Of a DNA stretch of 64,000 nucleotides, positions 33,868-45,800 are shown piece by piece. Both the position numbers and the translations under genes were made by a program. The stretch comes from Tubulanus polymorphus (taxonomy: Eukaryota; Animalia; Nemertea), in the NCBI RefSeq assembly GCF_964204645.1, contig NW_027437466.1, positions 16,817 through 80,816 of the forward strand, given 5' to 3'. The notes beneath the pieces are model-generated. The model worked only from the letters and a program-made list of their open reading frames with translations. It was not told where the DNA came from and did no database searches. How positions within the stretch are numbered: position 1 is the stretch's first letter; each line of letters opens with the position of its first letter.

Positions 33868-36800
33868 TAGACAGTAGGTCGGTCGTCCGTCCGTTTGTCA
33901 GTGTGCCGGCAGTGATGGTTGTTCGAAAAACGACTAAGGGCTGACCGGGCTTTGATCTGCGTTACGACCCTGCGCAGTGAGGGAGGGAGGCAGGCACCAG
34001 GAGAGTCGTCGCCGGTAAGGGAGGGAGGGAGGGAGGGAGGCAGTAGGACGGTCGTCCGTCCTTTCGTCGGTGTGCCGGCAGTGATGGTTGTTCGAAAAAC
34101 GACTAAGTGCTGACCGGGCCTTGATCAGCGTTACGACCCGGCGCAGTGAGGGAAAGAGGCAGGCACCAGGACAGTCGTCTGCCCGTTAGTCAGTCTGCCG
34201 GCTTTGGTGGTTCGAAACACGACTAAGTGCTGACCGGGCCTTGATCAGCGTTACGACCCGGCGCCGGTAAGGGAGGGAGGGAGGGGGACAGTAGGTCGGT
34301 CGTCCGTCCGTGCGTCAGTGTGCCGGCAGTGCTGGTTGTTCGAAAAACGACTAAGTGCTGACCGGGCCTTGATCAGCGTTACGACCCGGAGCAGTGAGGG
34401 AGGGAGGGGGACAGTAGGTCGGTCGTCCGTCCGTTCGTAAGTGTGCCGGCGGTGGTTCTTCGAAAAAACGACTAAGTGCTGACCGGGCCTAGATCAGCGT
34501 TACGACCGGGTGCAGTGAGGGAGGAGGGAGGCAGTAGGTCAGTCGTCCGTCCGTTCGTCAGTGTGCCGGCAGTGCTGGTTGTTCGAAAAACGACTAAGTG
34601 CTGACCGGGCCTTGATCAGCGTTACGACCCGGAGCAGTGAGGGAGGGAGGGAGGCAGTAGGTCGGTCGTCCGTCCGTTCGTAAGTGTGCCGGCGGTGGTT
34701 CTTCAAAAAAACGACTAAGTGCTGACCGGGCCTTGAACAGCGTTACGACCCGGCGCTGGTCAGGGAGGGAGGGAGGGAGGCAGTAGATCGGTCGTCCATC
34801 CGTTCGTCAGTGTGCCGGCGGTGGTAGTTCGAAAAACGACTAGAGTGCTGACCGGGCCTTGATCAGCGTTACGACCCGGCACCGGTCAGGGAGGGAGGGA
34901 GGGTGGCAGTAGGTCGGTCGTCCGTCCGTTCGTCAGTGTGCCGGCGGTGGTGGTTCGAAAAACGACTAAGTGCTGACCGGGCCTTGATCAGCGTTATGAC
35001 CCGGCACCGGTGAGGGAGGGAGGGATGGAGGCAGTAGGTCGGTCGTCCGTCCGTTCGTCAGAGTGCCGGCAGTGCTGGTGGTTCGAAAAACGACTAAGTG
35101 CTGACCGGGCCTTGATCAGCGTTACGACCCGGAGCAGTGAGGGAGGGAGGAAGGCAGTAGGTGGGTCGTCCGTCCGTTCGTCAGTGTGCCGGCAGTGCTG
35201 GTTGTTCGAAAAACGAGTAAGTGCTGACCGGGCCTTGATCAGCGATACGACCCGGTGCAGTGAGGGAGGGAGGGAGGGAGGCAGCAGGTCGGTCGTCCGT
35301 CCGTTCGTCAGTGTGCCGGCGGTGGTTGTTGGAAAAACGACTAAGGGCTGACCGGGCCTTGATCAGCGTTACGACCCGGAGCAGTGAGGGAGGGAGGGAG
35401 GCAGTAGGTCGGTCGTCCGTCCGTTCGTCAGTGTGCCGGCGGTGGTTCTTCGAAAAAACGACTAAGTGCTGACCGGGCCTTGATCAGCGTTACGACCCGG
35501 CGCTGGTCAGGGAGGGAGGGAGGCAGTAGGTCGGTCGTCCATCCGTTCGTTAGTGTGCCGCCGGTGGTGGTTCGAAAAACGACTAAGTGCTGACTGGGCC
35601 TTGATCAGCGTTACGACTTGGCAACGGCCAGGGAGGGAGGGATGGAGGTAGTAGGTCGGTCGTCCGTCCGTTCGTCAGTGTGCCGGCAGTACTGGTTGTT
35701 CGAAAAACAATTAAGTGCTGACCGGGCCTTGATCAGCGTTACGACCCGGAGCAGTGAGGGAGGGAGGGAGGCAGTAGGTCGGTCGTCCGTCCGTTCGTCA
35801 GTGTGCCGGCAGTACTGGTTGTTCGAAAAACAATTAAGTGCTGACCGGGCCTTGATCAGCGTTACGACCCGGAGCAGTGAGGGAGGGAGGGAGGGAGGCA
35901 GTAGGTCGGTCGTCCGTCCGTTTGTCAGTGTGCCAGCAGTGATGGTTGTTCGAAAAACGACTAAGGGCTGACCGGGCCTTGATCAGCGTTACGACCCGGA
36001 ACAGTGAGGGAGGGAGGGAGTCAGTAGGTAGGTCGTTCGTCCGTTCGTCAGTGTTCCGGCAGTGGTGGTTCGAAAAACGACTAAGTGCTGACCGGGCCTT
36101 GATCAGCGTTACGATCCGGCACCGGTCAGGGAGGGAGGGAGGGTGGCAGTAGGTCGGTCGTCCGTCCGTTCGTCAGTGTGCCGGCGGTTGTGGTTCGAAA
36201 AACGACTAAGTGCTGACCGGGCCTTGATCAGCGTTACGACCCGGCACTGGTCAGGGAGGGAGGGAGGGAGGAAGGCAGTATATCGGTCATTCGAAAAACG
36301 ACTAGGTGCTGACCGGGCCTTGATCAGCATTACGACCCGCCGCAGTGAGGGAGGGAGAGAGGGAGGCAGTAGGTCGGTCGTCAGTCCGTTCGTCAGTGTG
36401 CCGGTGGTAGTTGTTCGAAAAATGACTAAGTGCTGACCGGGCCTTGATCAGCGTTACGACCCGGCACCGGTCAGGGAGGGAGAGAGGGAGGCAGTAGGTC
36501 GGTCGTCCGTCCGTTCGGCAGTGTGCCGGCGGTAGTTGTTCGAAAAATGACTAAGTGCTGACTGGGCCATGATCAGCGTGACGTTTCGGCACCGGTCAGG
36601 GGGGGATGGAGGTAGTAGGTCGGGCGTCCGTCCGTTCGTCAGTGTGCCGGCAGTGATGGTTGTTCGAAAAACGACTAAGTGCTGTCCGGGCCTTGATCAG
36701 CGTTACGATCCGGCGCCGGTCAGGGAGGGAGGGAGGGGGACAGTAGGTCGGTCGTCCATCCGTTCGTCAGTGTGCCGGCGGTGGTTGTTCGAAAAACGAC

Positions 36801-39800
36801 TAAGGGCTGACCGGGCCTTGATCAGCGTTACGACCCGGCACCGATCAGGGAGGGAGGGAGGGTGGCAGTAGGTCGGTCGTCCGTCCATTCGTCAGAGTGC
36901 CGGCGGTGGTTGTTCGAAAAACGACTCAGTGATGACCGGGCCTTGATCAGCGTTACGACCCGGCACTGGTCAGGGAGGGAGGGAGGGAGGAAGGCAGTAT
37001 ATCGGTCATTCGAAAAACGACTAAGTGCTGACCGGGCCTTGATCAGCATTACGACCCGCCGCAGTGAGGGAGGGAGAGAGGGAGGCAGTAGGTCGGTCGT
37101 CAGTCCGTTCGTCAGTGTGCCGGTGGTAGTTGTTCGAAAAATGACTAAGTGCTGACCGGGCCTTGATCAGCGTTACGACCCGGCACCGGTCAGGGAGGGA
37201 GAGAGGGAGGCAGTAGGTCGGTCGTCCGTCCGTTCGGCAGTGTGCCGGCGGTAGTTGTTCGAAAAATGACTAAGTGCTGACCGGGCCATGATCAGCGTGA
37301 CGTTTCGGCACCGGTCAGGGGGGTATGGAGGTAGTAGGTCGGGCGTCCGTCCGTTCGTCAGTGTGCCGGCAGTGATGGTTGTTCGAAAAACGACTAAGTG
37401 CTGTCCGGGCCTTGATCAGCGTTACGATCTGGCGCCGGTCAGGGAGGGAGGGAGGGGGACAGTAGGTCGGTCGTCCATCCGTTCGTCAGTGTGCCGGCGG
37501 TGGTTGTTCGAAAAACGACTAAGGGCTGACCGGGCCTTGATCAGCGTTACGACCCGGAGCAGTGAGGGAGGGAGGGGGACAGTAGGTCGGTCGTCCGTCC
37601 GTTCGTCAGTGTGCCGGCGGTGGTTGTTGGAAAAACGACTAAGGGCTGACCGGGCCTTGATCAGCGTTACGACCCGGAGCAGTGAGGGAGGGAGGGAGGG
37701 AGGCAGTTGGTCGGTCGTCCGTCCGTTCGTCAGTGTGCCGGCGGTGGTTCTTCGAAAAAACGACTAAGTGCTGACCGGGCCTTGATCAGCGTTACGACCC
37801 GGCGCTGGTCATGGAGGGAGGGAGGCAGTAGGTCGGTCGTCCATCCGTTCGTTTGTGTGCCGCCGGTGGTGGTTTGAAAAACGACTAAGTGCTGACTGGG
37901 CCTTGATCAGCGTTATGACTTGGCAACGGCCAGGGAGGGAGGGATGGAGGTAGTAGGTCGGTCGTCCGTCCGTTCGTCAGTGTGCCGGCAGTACTGGTTG
38001 TTCGAAAAACAATTAAGTGCTGACCGGGCCTTGATCAGCGTTACGACCCGGAGCAGTGAGGGAGGGAGGGAGGCAGTAGGTCGGTCGTCCGTCCGTTTGT
38101 CAGTGTGCCGGCAGTACTGGTTGTTCGAAAAACAATTAAGTGCTGACCGGGCCTTGATCAGCGTTACGACCCGGAGCAGTGAGGGAGGGAGGGAGGGAGG
38201 CAGTAGGTCGGTCGTCCGTCCGTTTGTCAGTGTGCCAGCAGTGATGGTTGTTCGAAAAACAACTAAGGGCTGACCGGGCCTTGATCAGCGTTACGACCCG
38301 GAACAGTGAGGGAGGGAGGGAGTCAGTAGGTAGGTCGTTCGTCCGTTCGTCAGTGTTCCGGCAGTGGTGGTTCGAAAAACGACTAAGTGCTGACCGGGCC
38401 TTGATCAGCGTTACGATCCGGCACCGGTCAGGGAGGGAGGGAGGGTGGCAGTAGGTCGGTCGTCCGTCCGTTCGTCAGTGTGCCGGCGGTTGTGGTTCGA
38501 AAAACGACTAAGTGCTGACCGGGCCTTGATCAGCGTTACGACCCGGTGCAGTGAGGGAGGGAGGGAGGGAGGAAGGCAGTATATCGGTCATTCGAAAAAC
38601 GACTAAGTGCTGACCGGGCCTTGATCAGCATTACGACCCGCCGCAGTGAGGGAGGGAGAGAGGGAGGCAGTAGGTCGGTCGTCAGTCCGTTCGTCAGTGT
38701 GCCGGTGGTAGTTGTTCGAAAAATGACTAAGTGCTGACCGGGCCTTGATCAGCGTTACGACCCGGCACCGGTCAGGGAGGGAGAGAGGGAGGCAGTAGGT
38801 CGGTCGTCCGTCCGTTCGGCAGTGTGCCGGCGGTAGTTGTTCGAAAAATGACTAAGTGCTGACCGGGCCATGATCAGCGTGACGTTTCGGCACCGGTCAG
38901 GGGGGTATGGAGGTAGTAGGTCGGGCGTCCGTCCGTTCGTCAGTGTGCCGGCAGTGATGGTTGTTCGAAAAACGACTAAGTGCTGTCCGGGCCTTGATCA
39001 GCGTTACGATCCGGCGCCGGTCAGGGAGGGAGGGAGGGGGACAGTAGGTCGGTCGTCCATCCGTTCGTCAGTGTGCCGGCGGTGGTTGTTCGAAAAACGA
39101 CTAAGGGCTGACCGGGCCTTGTTCAGCGTTACGACCCGGCACCGGTCAGGGAGGGAGGGAGGGTGGCAGTAGGTCGGTCGTCCGTCCATTCGTCAGAGTG
39201 CCGGCGGTGGTTGTTCGAAAAACGACTAAGTGATGACCGGGCCTTGATCAGCGTTACGACCCGGTCCAGTGAGGGAGGGAGGGAGGGAGGGAGGCAGTAG
39301 GCCGGTCGTCCGTCCGTTTGTCAGTGTGCCGGCAGTGATGGTTGTTCAGAAAACGACTAAGGGCTTACTGGGCCTTGATCAGCGTTACGACCCGGAGCAG
39401 TGAGGGAGGGAGGGAGGCAGTAGGTAGGTCGTCCGTCCGTTTGTCAGTGTGCCGGCAGTAATGGTTGTTCGAAAAACGACTAAGTGCTCACCGGGCCTTG
39501 ATCAGCGTTACGACCTGGAGCAGTGAAGGAGGAAGGGGGACAGTAGGTCGGTCGTCCGTCCGTTCGTCAGTATGCCGGCGGTGGTTGTTCAAAAAACGAC
39601 CAAGTGCTGACAAGGCCTTGATCAGCGTTACGACCCGGCACTGGTCAGGGAGGGAGGGAGGGAGGCAGTAGGTCGGTCATCCGTCCGTTCGTCAGAGTGC
39701 CGGCGGTAGCTGTTCGAAAAACGACTAAGTGCTGACCGGGCCTTGATCAGCGTTACGACCCGGCGCAGTGAGGGAGGGAGGGAGGGAGGCAGTAGGTCGG

Positions 39801-42800
39801 TCGTCCATCCGTTTGTCAGTGTGCCGGCGGTGGTTGTTCGAAAAACGACTAAGTTCTGACCGGGCCTTGATCAGCGTTACGACCCGATGCAGTGAGGGAG
39901 GGAGGGAGGCACTAGGACAGTCGTCCGCCCGTTAGTCAGTGTGTCGGCGGTTGTTGTTCGAAAAACGACTAAGCTGACCGGGCCATGAACAGCGTTACGA
40001 CCCGGCACCGGTCAGGAAGGGAGGGAGGGTGGCAGTAGGTCGGTCGTCCGTCCGTTCGTCAGTGTGCCGGCGGTGGTTGTTCGAAAAACGACTAAGTGCT
40101 GACCGGGCCTTAATCAGCGTTACGACCCGGCACCGGTCAGGGAGGGAGGGAGGGAGGGAGGCAGTAGGTCGGTCGTCCGTCCGTTCGTCAGTGTGCCGGC
40201 GGTGGTTGTTCGAAAAACGACTAAGTGCTGACCGGGCCTTGATCAGCGTTACGACCCGGAGCAGTGAGGGAGGGAGGGAGGCAGTAGGTCGGTCGTCCGT
40301 CCGTTCGCCAGTGTGCCGGCGGTGGTTTTTCGAAAAACGACTAAGCGCTGACCGGGCCTTAATCAGCGTTACGACCCGGAGCATTGAGGGAGGGAGGGAG
40401 GGAGGCAGTAGGTCGGTCGTCCGTCCGTTTGTCAGTGTGCCGGCAGTGATGGTTGTTCGAAAAACGACTAAGGGCTGACTGGGCCTTGATCAGCGTTACG
40501 ACTTGGCAACGGCCAGGGAGGGAGGGATGGAGGTAGTAGGTCGGTCGTCCGTCCGTTCGTCAGTGTGCCAGCAGTACTGGTTGTTCGAAAAACAATTAAG
40601 TGCTGACCGGGCCTTGATCAGCGTTATGACCCGGAGCAGTGAGGGAGGGAGGGAGGCAGTAGGTCGGTCGTCCGTCCGTTCGTCAGTGTGCCGGCAGTAC
40701 TGGTGGTTCGAAAAACAATTAAGTGCTGACCGGGCCTTGATCAGCGTTACGACCCGGAGCAGTGAGGGAGGGAGGGAGGGAGGGAGGCAGTAGGTCGGTC
40801 GTCCGTCCGTTTGTCAGTGTGCCGGCAGTGATGGTTGTTCGAAAAACGACTAAGGGCTGACCGGGCCTTGATCAGCGTTACGACCCGGAACAGTGAGGGA
40901 GGGAGGGAGTCAGTAGGTAGGTCGTTCGTCCGTTCGTCAGTGTTCCGGCAGTGGTGGTTCGAAAAACGACTAAGTGCTGACCGGGCCTTGATCAGCGTTA
41001 CGATCCGGCACCGGTCAGGGAGGGAGGGAGGGTGGCAGTAGGTCGGTCGTCCGTCCGTTCGTCAGTGTGCCGGCGGTTGTGGTTCGAAAAACGACTAAGT
41101 GCTGACCGGGCCTTGATCAGCGTTACGACCCGGCACTGGTCAGGGAGGGAGGGAGGGAGGAAGGCAGTATATCGGTCATTCGAAAAACGACTAAGTGCTG
41201 ACCGGGCCTTGATCAGCATTACGACCCGCCCCAGTGAGGGAGGGAGAGAGGGAGGCAGTAGGTCGGTCGTCAGTCCGTTCGTCAGTGTGCCGGTGGTAGT
41301 TGTTCGAAAAATGACTAAGTGCTGACCGGGCCTTGATCAGCGTTACGACCCGGCACCGGTCAGGGAGGGAGAGAGGGAGGCAGTAGGTCGGTCGTCCGTC
41401 CGTTCGGCAGTGTGCCGGCGGTAGTTGTTCGAAAAATGACTAAGTGCTGACCGGGCCATGATCAGCGTGACGTTTCGGCACCGGTCAGGGGGGTATGGAG
41501 GTAGTAGATCGGGCGTCCGTCCGTTCGTCAGTGTGCCGGCAGTGATGGTTGTTCGAAAAACGACTAAGTGCTGACCGGGCCTTGATCAGCGTTACGACCC
41601 GGCGCAGTGAGGGAGGGAGGCTCACACCAGGAGAGTCGTCGCTGGTAAGGGAGGGAGGGAGGGAGGCAGTAGGTCGGTCGTCCGTCCTTTCGTCAGTGTG
41701 CCGGCAGTGATGGTTGTTCGAAAAACGACTAAGTGCTGACATGGCCTTGATCAGCGTTACGACCCGGCGCAGTGAGGGAGGGAGGCAGGCACCAGGACAG
41801 TCGTCCGCCCGTTAGTCAGTCTACCGGCATTGGTGGTTCGAAACACGACTAAGTGCTGACCGGGCCTTGATCAGCGTTACGAACCGCCGCCGGTAAGGGA
41901 GGGAGGGAGGGAGGGAGGCAGTAGGTCGGTCGTCTGTCCGTTCGTCAGTGTGCCGGCGGTGGTTGTTCGAAAAACGACTCAGTGCTGACCGGGCCTTGAT
42001 CAGCGTTACGACCCGGACCAGTGAGGGAGGGAGGGAGGTTGGCAGTAGGTCGGTCGTCCGTCCGTTCGTCAGTGTGCCGGCGGTGGTGGTTCGAAAAACG
42101 ACTAAGTGCTGACCGGGCCTTGATCAGCGTTACGACCCGGAGCAGTGAGGGAGGGAGGAAGGCAGTAGGTGGGTCGTCCGTCCGTTCGTCAGTGTGCCGG
42201 CAGTGCTGGTTGTTCGAAAAACGATTAAGTGCTGACCGGGCCTTGATCAGCGTTACGACCCGGAGCAGTGAGGGAGGGAGGGAGGCAGTAGGTCGGTCGT
42301 CCGTCCGTTCGCCAGCGTGCCGCTGGTGGTTGTTCGAAAAACGACTAAGTGCTGACCGGGCCTTGATGAGCGTTACGACCCGGAGCAGTGAGGGAGGGAG
42401 GGAGGGAGGGAGGCAGTAGGTCGGTCGTCCGTCCGTTCGCCAGTGTGCCGCTGGTGGTTGTTCGAAAAACGACTAAGTGCTGACCGGGCCTTGATCAGCG
42501 TTACGACCCGGTGCAGTGAGGGAGGGAGGGAGGCACTAGGACAGTCGTCCGCCCGTTCGTCAGTGTGCCGGCGGTGGTTGTTCGAAAAACGACTAAGTGC
42601 TGACCGGGCCATGAACTGCGTTACGACCCGGCACCGGTCAGGAAGGGAGGGAGGGTGGCAGTAGGTCGGTCGTCCGTTCGTTGGTCAGTGTGCCGGCGGT
42701 GGTAGTTCGAAAAACGACTAAGTGCTGACCGGGCCTTGATCAGCGTTACGACCCGGAGCAGTGACGGAGGGAGGGAGGCAGTAGGTCGGTCGTCCGTCCG

Positions 42801-45800
42801 TTCGCCAGAGTGCCGCTGGTGGTTGTTCGAAAAACGACTAAGTGCTGACCGGGCCTTGATCAGCGTTACGACCCGGTGCAGTGAGGGAGGGAGGGAGGCA
42901 CTAGGACAGTCGTCCGCCCGTTAGTCAGTGTGTCGGCGGTTGTTGTTCGAAAAACGACTAAGTGCTGACCGGGCCATGAACAGCGTTACGACCCGGCACC
43001 GGTCAGGAAGGGAGGGAGGGTGGCAGTAGGTCGGTCGTCCGTTCGTTGGTCAGTGTGCCGGCGGTGGTAGTTCGAAAAACGACTAAGTGCTGACCGGGCC
43101 TTGATCAACGTTACGACCCGGAGCATTGAGGGAGGGAGGGAGGCAGTAGGTCGGTCGTCCGTCCGTTCGCCAGTGTGCCGCTGGTGGTTGTTCGAAAAAC
43201 GACTAAGTGCTGACCGGGCCTTGATCAGCGTTACGACCCGGAGCAGTGAGGGAGGGAGGGAGGCAGTAGGTCGGTCGTCCATCCGTTCGTCAGTGTGTCG
43301 GCGGTTGCTGTTTGAAAAACGACTAAGTGCTGACCGGGCCATGAACAGCGTTACGACCCGGCACCGGTCAGGAAGGGAGGGAGGGAGGCAGTAGGTCGGT
43401 CGTCCATCCGTTCGTCAGTGTGCCGGCGGTGGTTGTTCGAAAAACGACTAAGTGCTGACCGGGCCTTGATCAGCGTTACCACCCGGAGCAGTGAGGGAGG
43501 GAGGGAGGCAGTAGGTCGGTCGTCCATCCGTTCGTCAGTGTGTCGGCGGTTGCTGTTTGAAAAACGACTAAGTGCTGACCGGGCCATGAACAGCGTTACG
43601 ACCCGGCACCGGTCAGGAAGGGAGGGAGGGAGGCAGTAGGTCGGTCGTCCATCCGTTCGTCAGTGTGCCGGCGGTGGTTGTTCGAAAAACGACTAAGTGC
43701 TGACCGGGCCTTGATTAGCGTTACCACCCGGTGCAGTGAGGGAGGGAGGGAGGCACTAGGACAGTCGTCCGCCCGTTAGTCAGTGTGTCGGCGGTTGTTG
43801 TTCGAAAAACGACTAAGTGCTGACCGGGTCTTGATCAGCGTTACGACCCGCAGCAGTGAGGGAGGGAGGGAGGCAGTAGGTCGGTCGTCCATCCGGTCGT
43901 TAGTGTGCCGGCGGTGGTTGTTCGAAAAACGACTAAGTGCTGACCGGGCCTTGATCAGCGTTACGACCCGGAGCAGTGAGGGAGGGAGGGAGGCAGTAGG
44001 TCGGTCGTCCGTCCGTTCGCCAGTGTGCCGCTGGTGGTTGTTCGAAAAACGACTAAGTGCTGACCGGGCCTTGATCAGCGTTACGACCCGGTGCAGTGAG
44101 GGAGGGAGGGAGGCACTATGACAGTCGTCCGCCCGTTAGTCAGTGTGTCGGCGGTTGTTGTTCGAAAAACGACTAAGTGCTGACCGGGCCTAGATCAGCG
44201 TTACGACCCGGTGCAGTGAGGGAGGGAGAGAGGCAGTAGGTCGGTCGTCCGTCCGGTCGTCAGTGTGCCGGCGGTGGTTGTTCGAAAAACGACTAAGTGC
44301 TGACCGGGCCTTGATCAGCGTAACGACCCGGTGCAGTGAGGGAGGGAGGGAGGGAGGGAGGCAGTAGGTCGGTCGTCCATCCGTTCGTCAGTGTGCCGGC
44401 GGTGGTAGTTCGAAAAACGACTAAGTGCTGACCGGGCCTTGATCAGCGTTACGACCCGGTGCAGTGAGGGAGGGAGAGAGGCAGTAGGTCGGTCGTCCGT
44501 CCGGTCGTCAGTGTGCCGGCGGTGGTTGTTCGAAAAACGACTAAGTGCTGACCGGGCCTTGATCAGCGTTACGACCCGGTGCAGTGAGGGAGGGAGGGAG
44601 GCAGTAGGTCGGTCGTCCGTCCGTTCGTCAGTGTGCCGGCGGTGGTTGTTCGAAAAACGACTAAGTGCTGACCGGGCCATGAACAGCGTTACGACCCGGC
44701 ACCGGTCAGGGAGGGAGGGAGGCAGTAGGTCGGTCGTCCATCCGTTCGTCAGTGTGCCGGCGGTGGTTATTCGAAAAACGACTAAGTGCTGACCGGGCCT
44801 TGATCAGCGTTGCGACCCGGTGCCTGTGAGGGAGGGAGGGAGGCAGTAGGTCGGTCGTCCATCCGTTCGTCAGTGTGTCGGCGGTTGCTGTTCGAAAAAC
44901 GACTAAGTGCTGACCGGCCATGAACAGCGTTACGACCCGGCACCGGTCAGGAAGGGAGGGAGGGTGGCAGTAGGTCGGTCGTCCGTCCGTTCGTCAGTGT
45001 GCCGGCGGTGGTTGTTCGAAAAACGACTAAGTGCTGACCGGGCCTTGATCAGCGTTACGACCCGGTGCAGTGATGGAGAGGGAGAGGTCGGTCGTCCGTC
45101 CGTTCGTCAGTGTGCCGGCGGTGGTTGTTCGAAAAACGACTAAGTGCTGACCGGATCTTGATCAGCATTACGACCCGGTGCAGTGAGGGAGGGAGGGAGG
45201 GAGGCAGTAGGTCGGTCGTCCATCCGTTCGTCAGTGTGCCGGCGGTGGTAGTTCGAAAAACGACTAAGTGCTGACCGGGCCTTGATCAGCGTTACGACCC
45301 GGTGCAGTGAGGAAGGGAGGGAGGCAGTAGGTCGGTCGTCCGTCCGTTCGCCAGTGTGCCGCTGGTGGTTGTTCGAAAAACGACTAAGTGCTGACCGGGC
45401 CTTGATCAACGTTACGACCCGGAGCAGTGAGGGAGGGAGGGAGGCAGTAGGTCGGTCGTCCGTCCGTTCGCCAGTGTGCCGCTGGTGGTTGTTCGAAAAA
45501 CGACTAAGTGCTGACCGGGCCTTGATCAGCGTTACGACCCGGTGCAGTGAGGGAGGGAGGGAGGCATTAGGACAGTCGTCCGCCCGTTAGTCAGTGTGTC
45601 GGCGGTTGTTGTTCGAAAAACGACTAAGTGCTGACCGGGCCATGAACAGCGTTACGACCCGGCACCGGTCAGGAAGGGAGGGAGGGAGGCAGTAGGTCGG
45701 TCGTCCATTCGTTCGTCAGTGTGCCGCTGGTGGTTGTTCGAAAAACGACTAAGTGCTGACCGGGCCTTGATCAGCGTTACGACCCGGAGCAGTGAGGGAG

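Larger units (their letters stand above)
20105..44200. repeat. Higher-order tandem duplication within the satellite (copy A ~20105-33000, copy B ~33025-44200)
   Basis: Identical rare-variant order at a 12,840-bp offset (e.g. ORF-track pairs 21079/33919, 22170/35010, 26625/39465, 29896/42736), then an 11,213 offset (32205/43418, 32570/43783). Confidence 0.93.
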
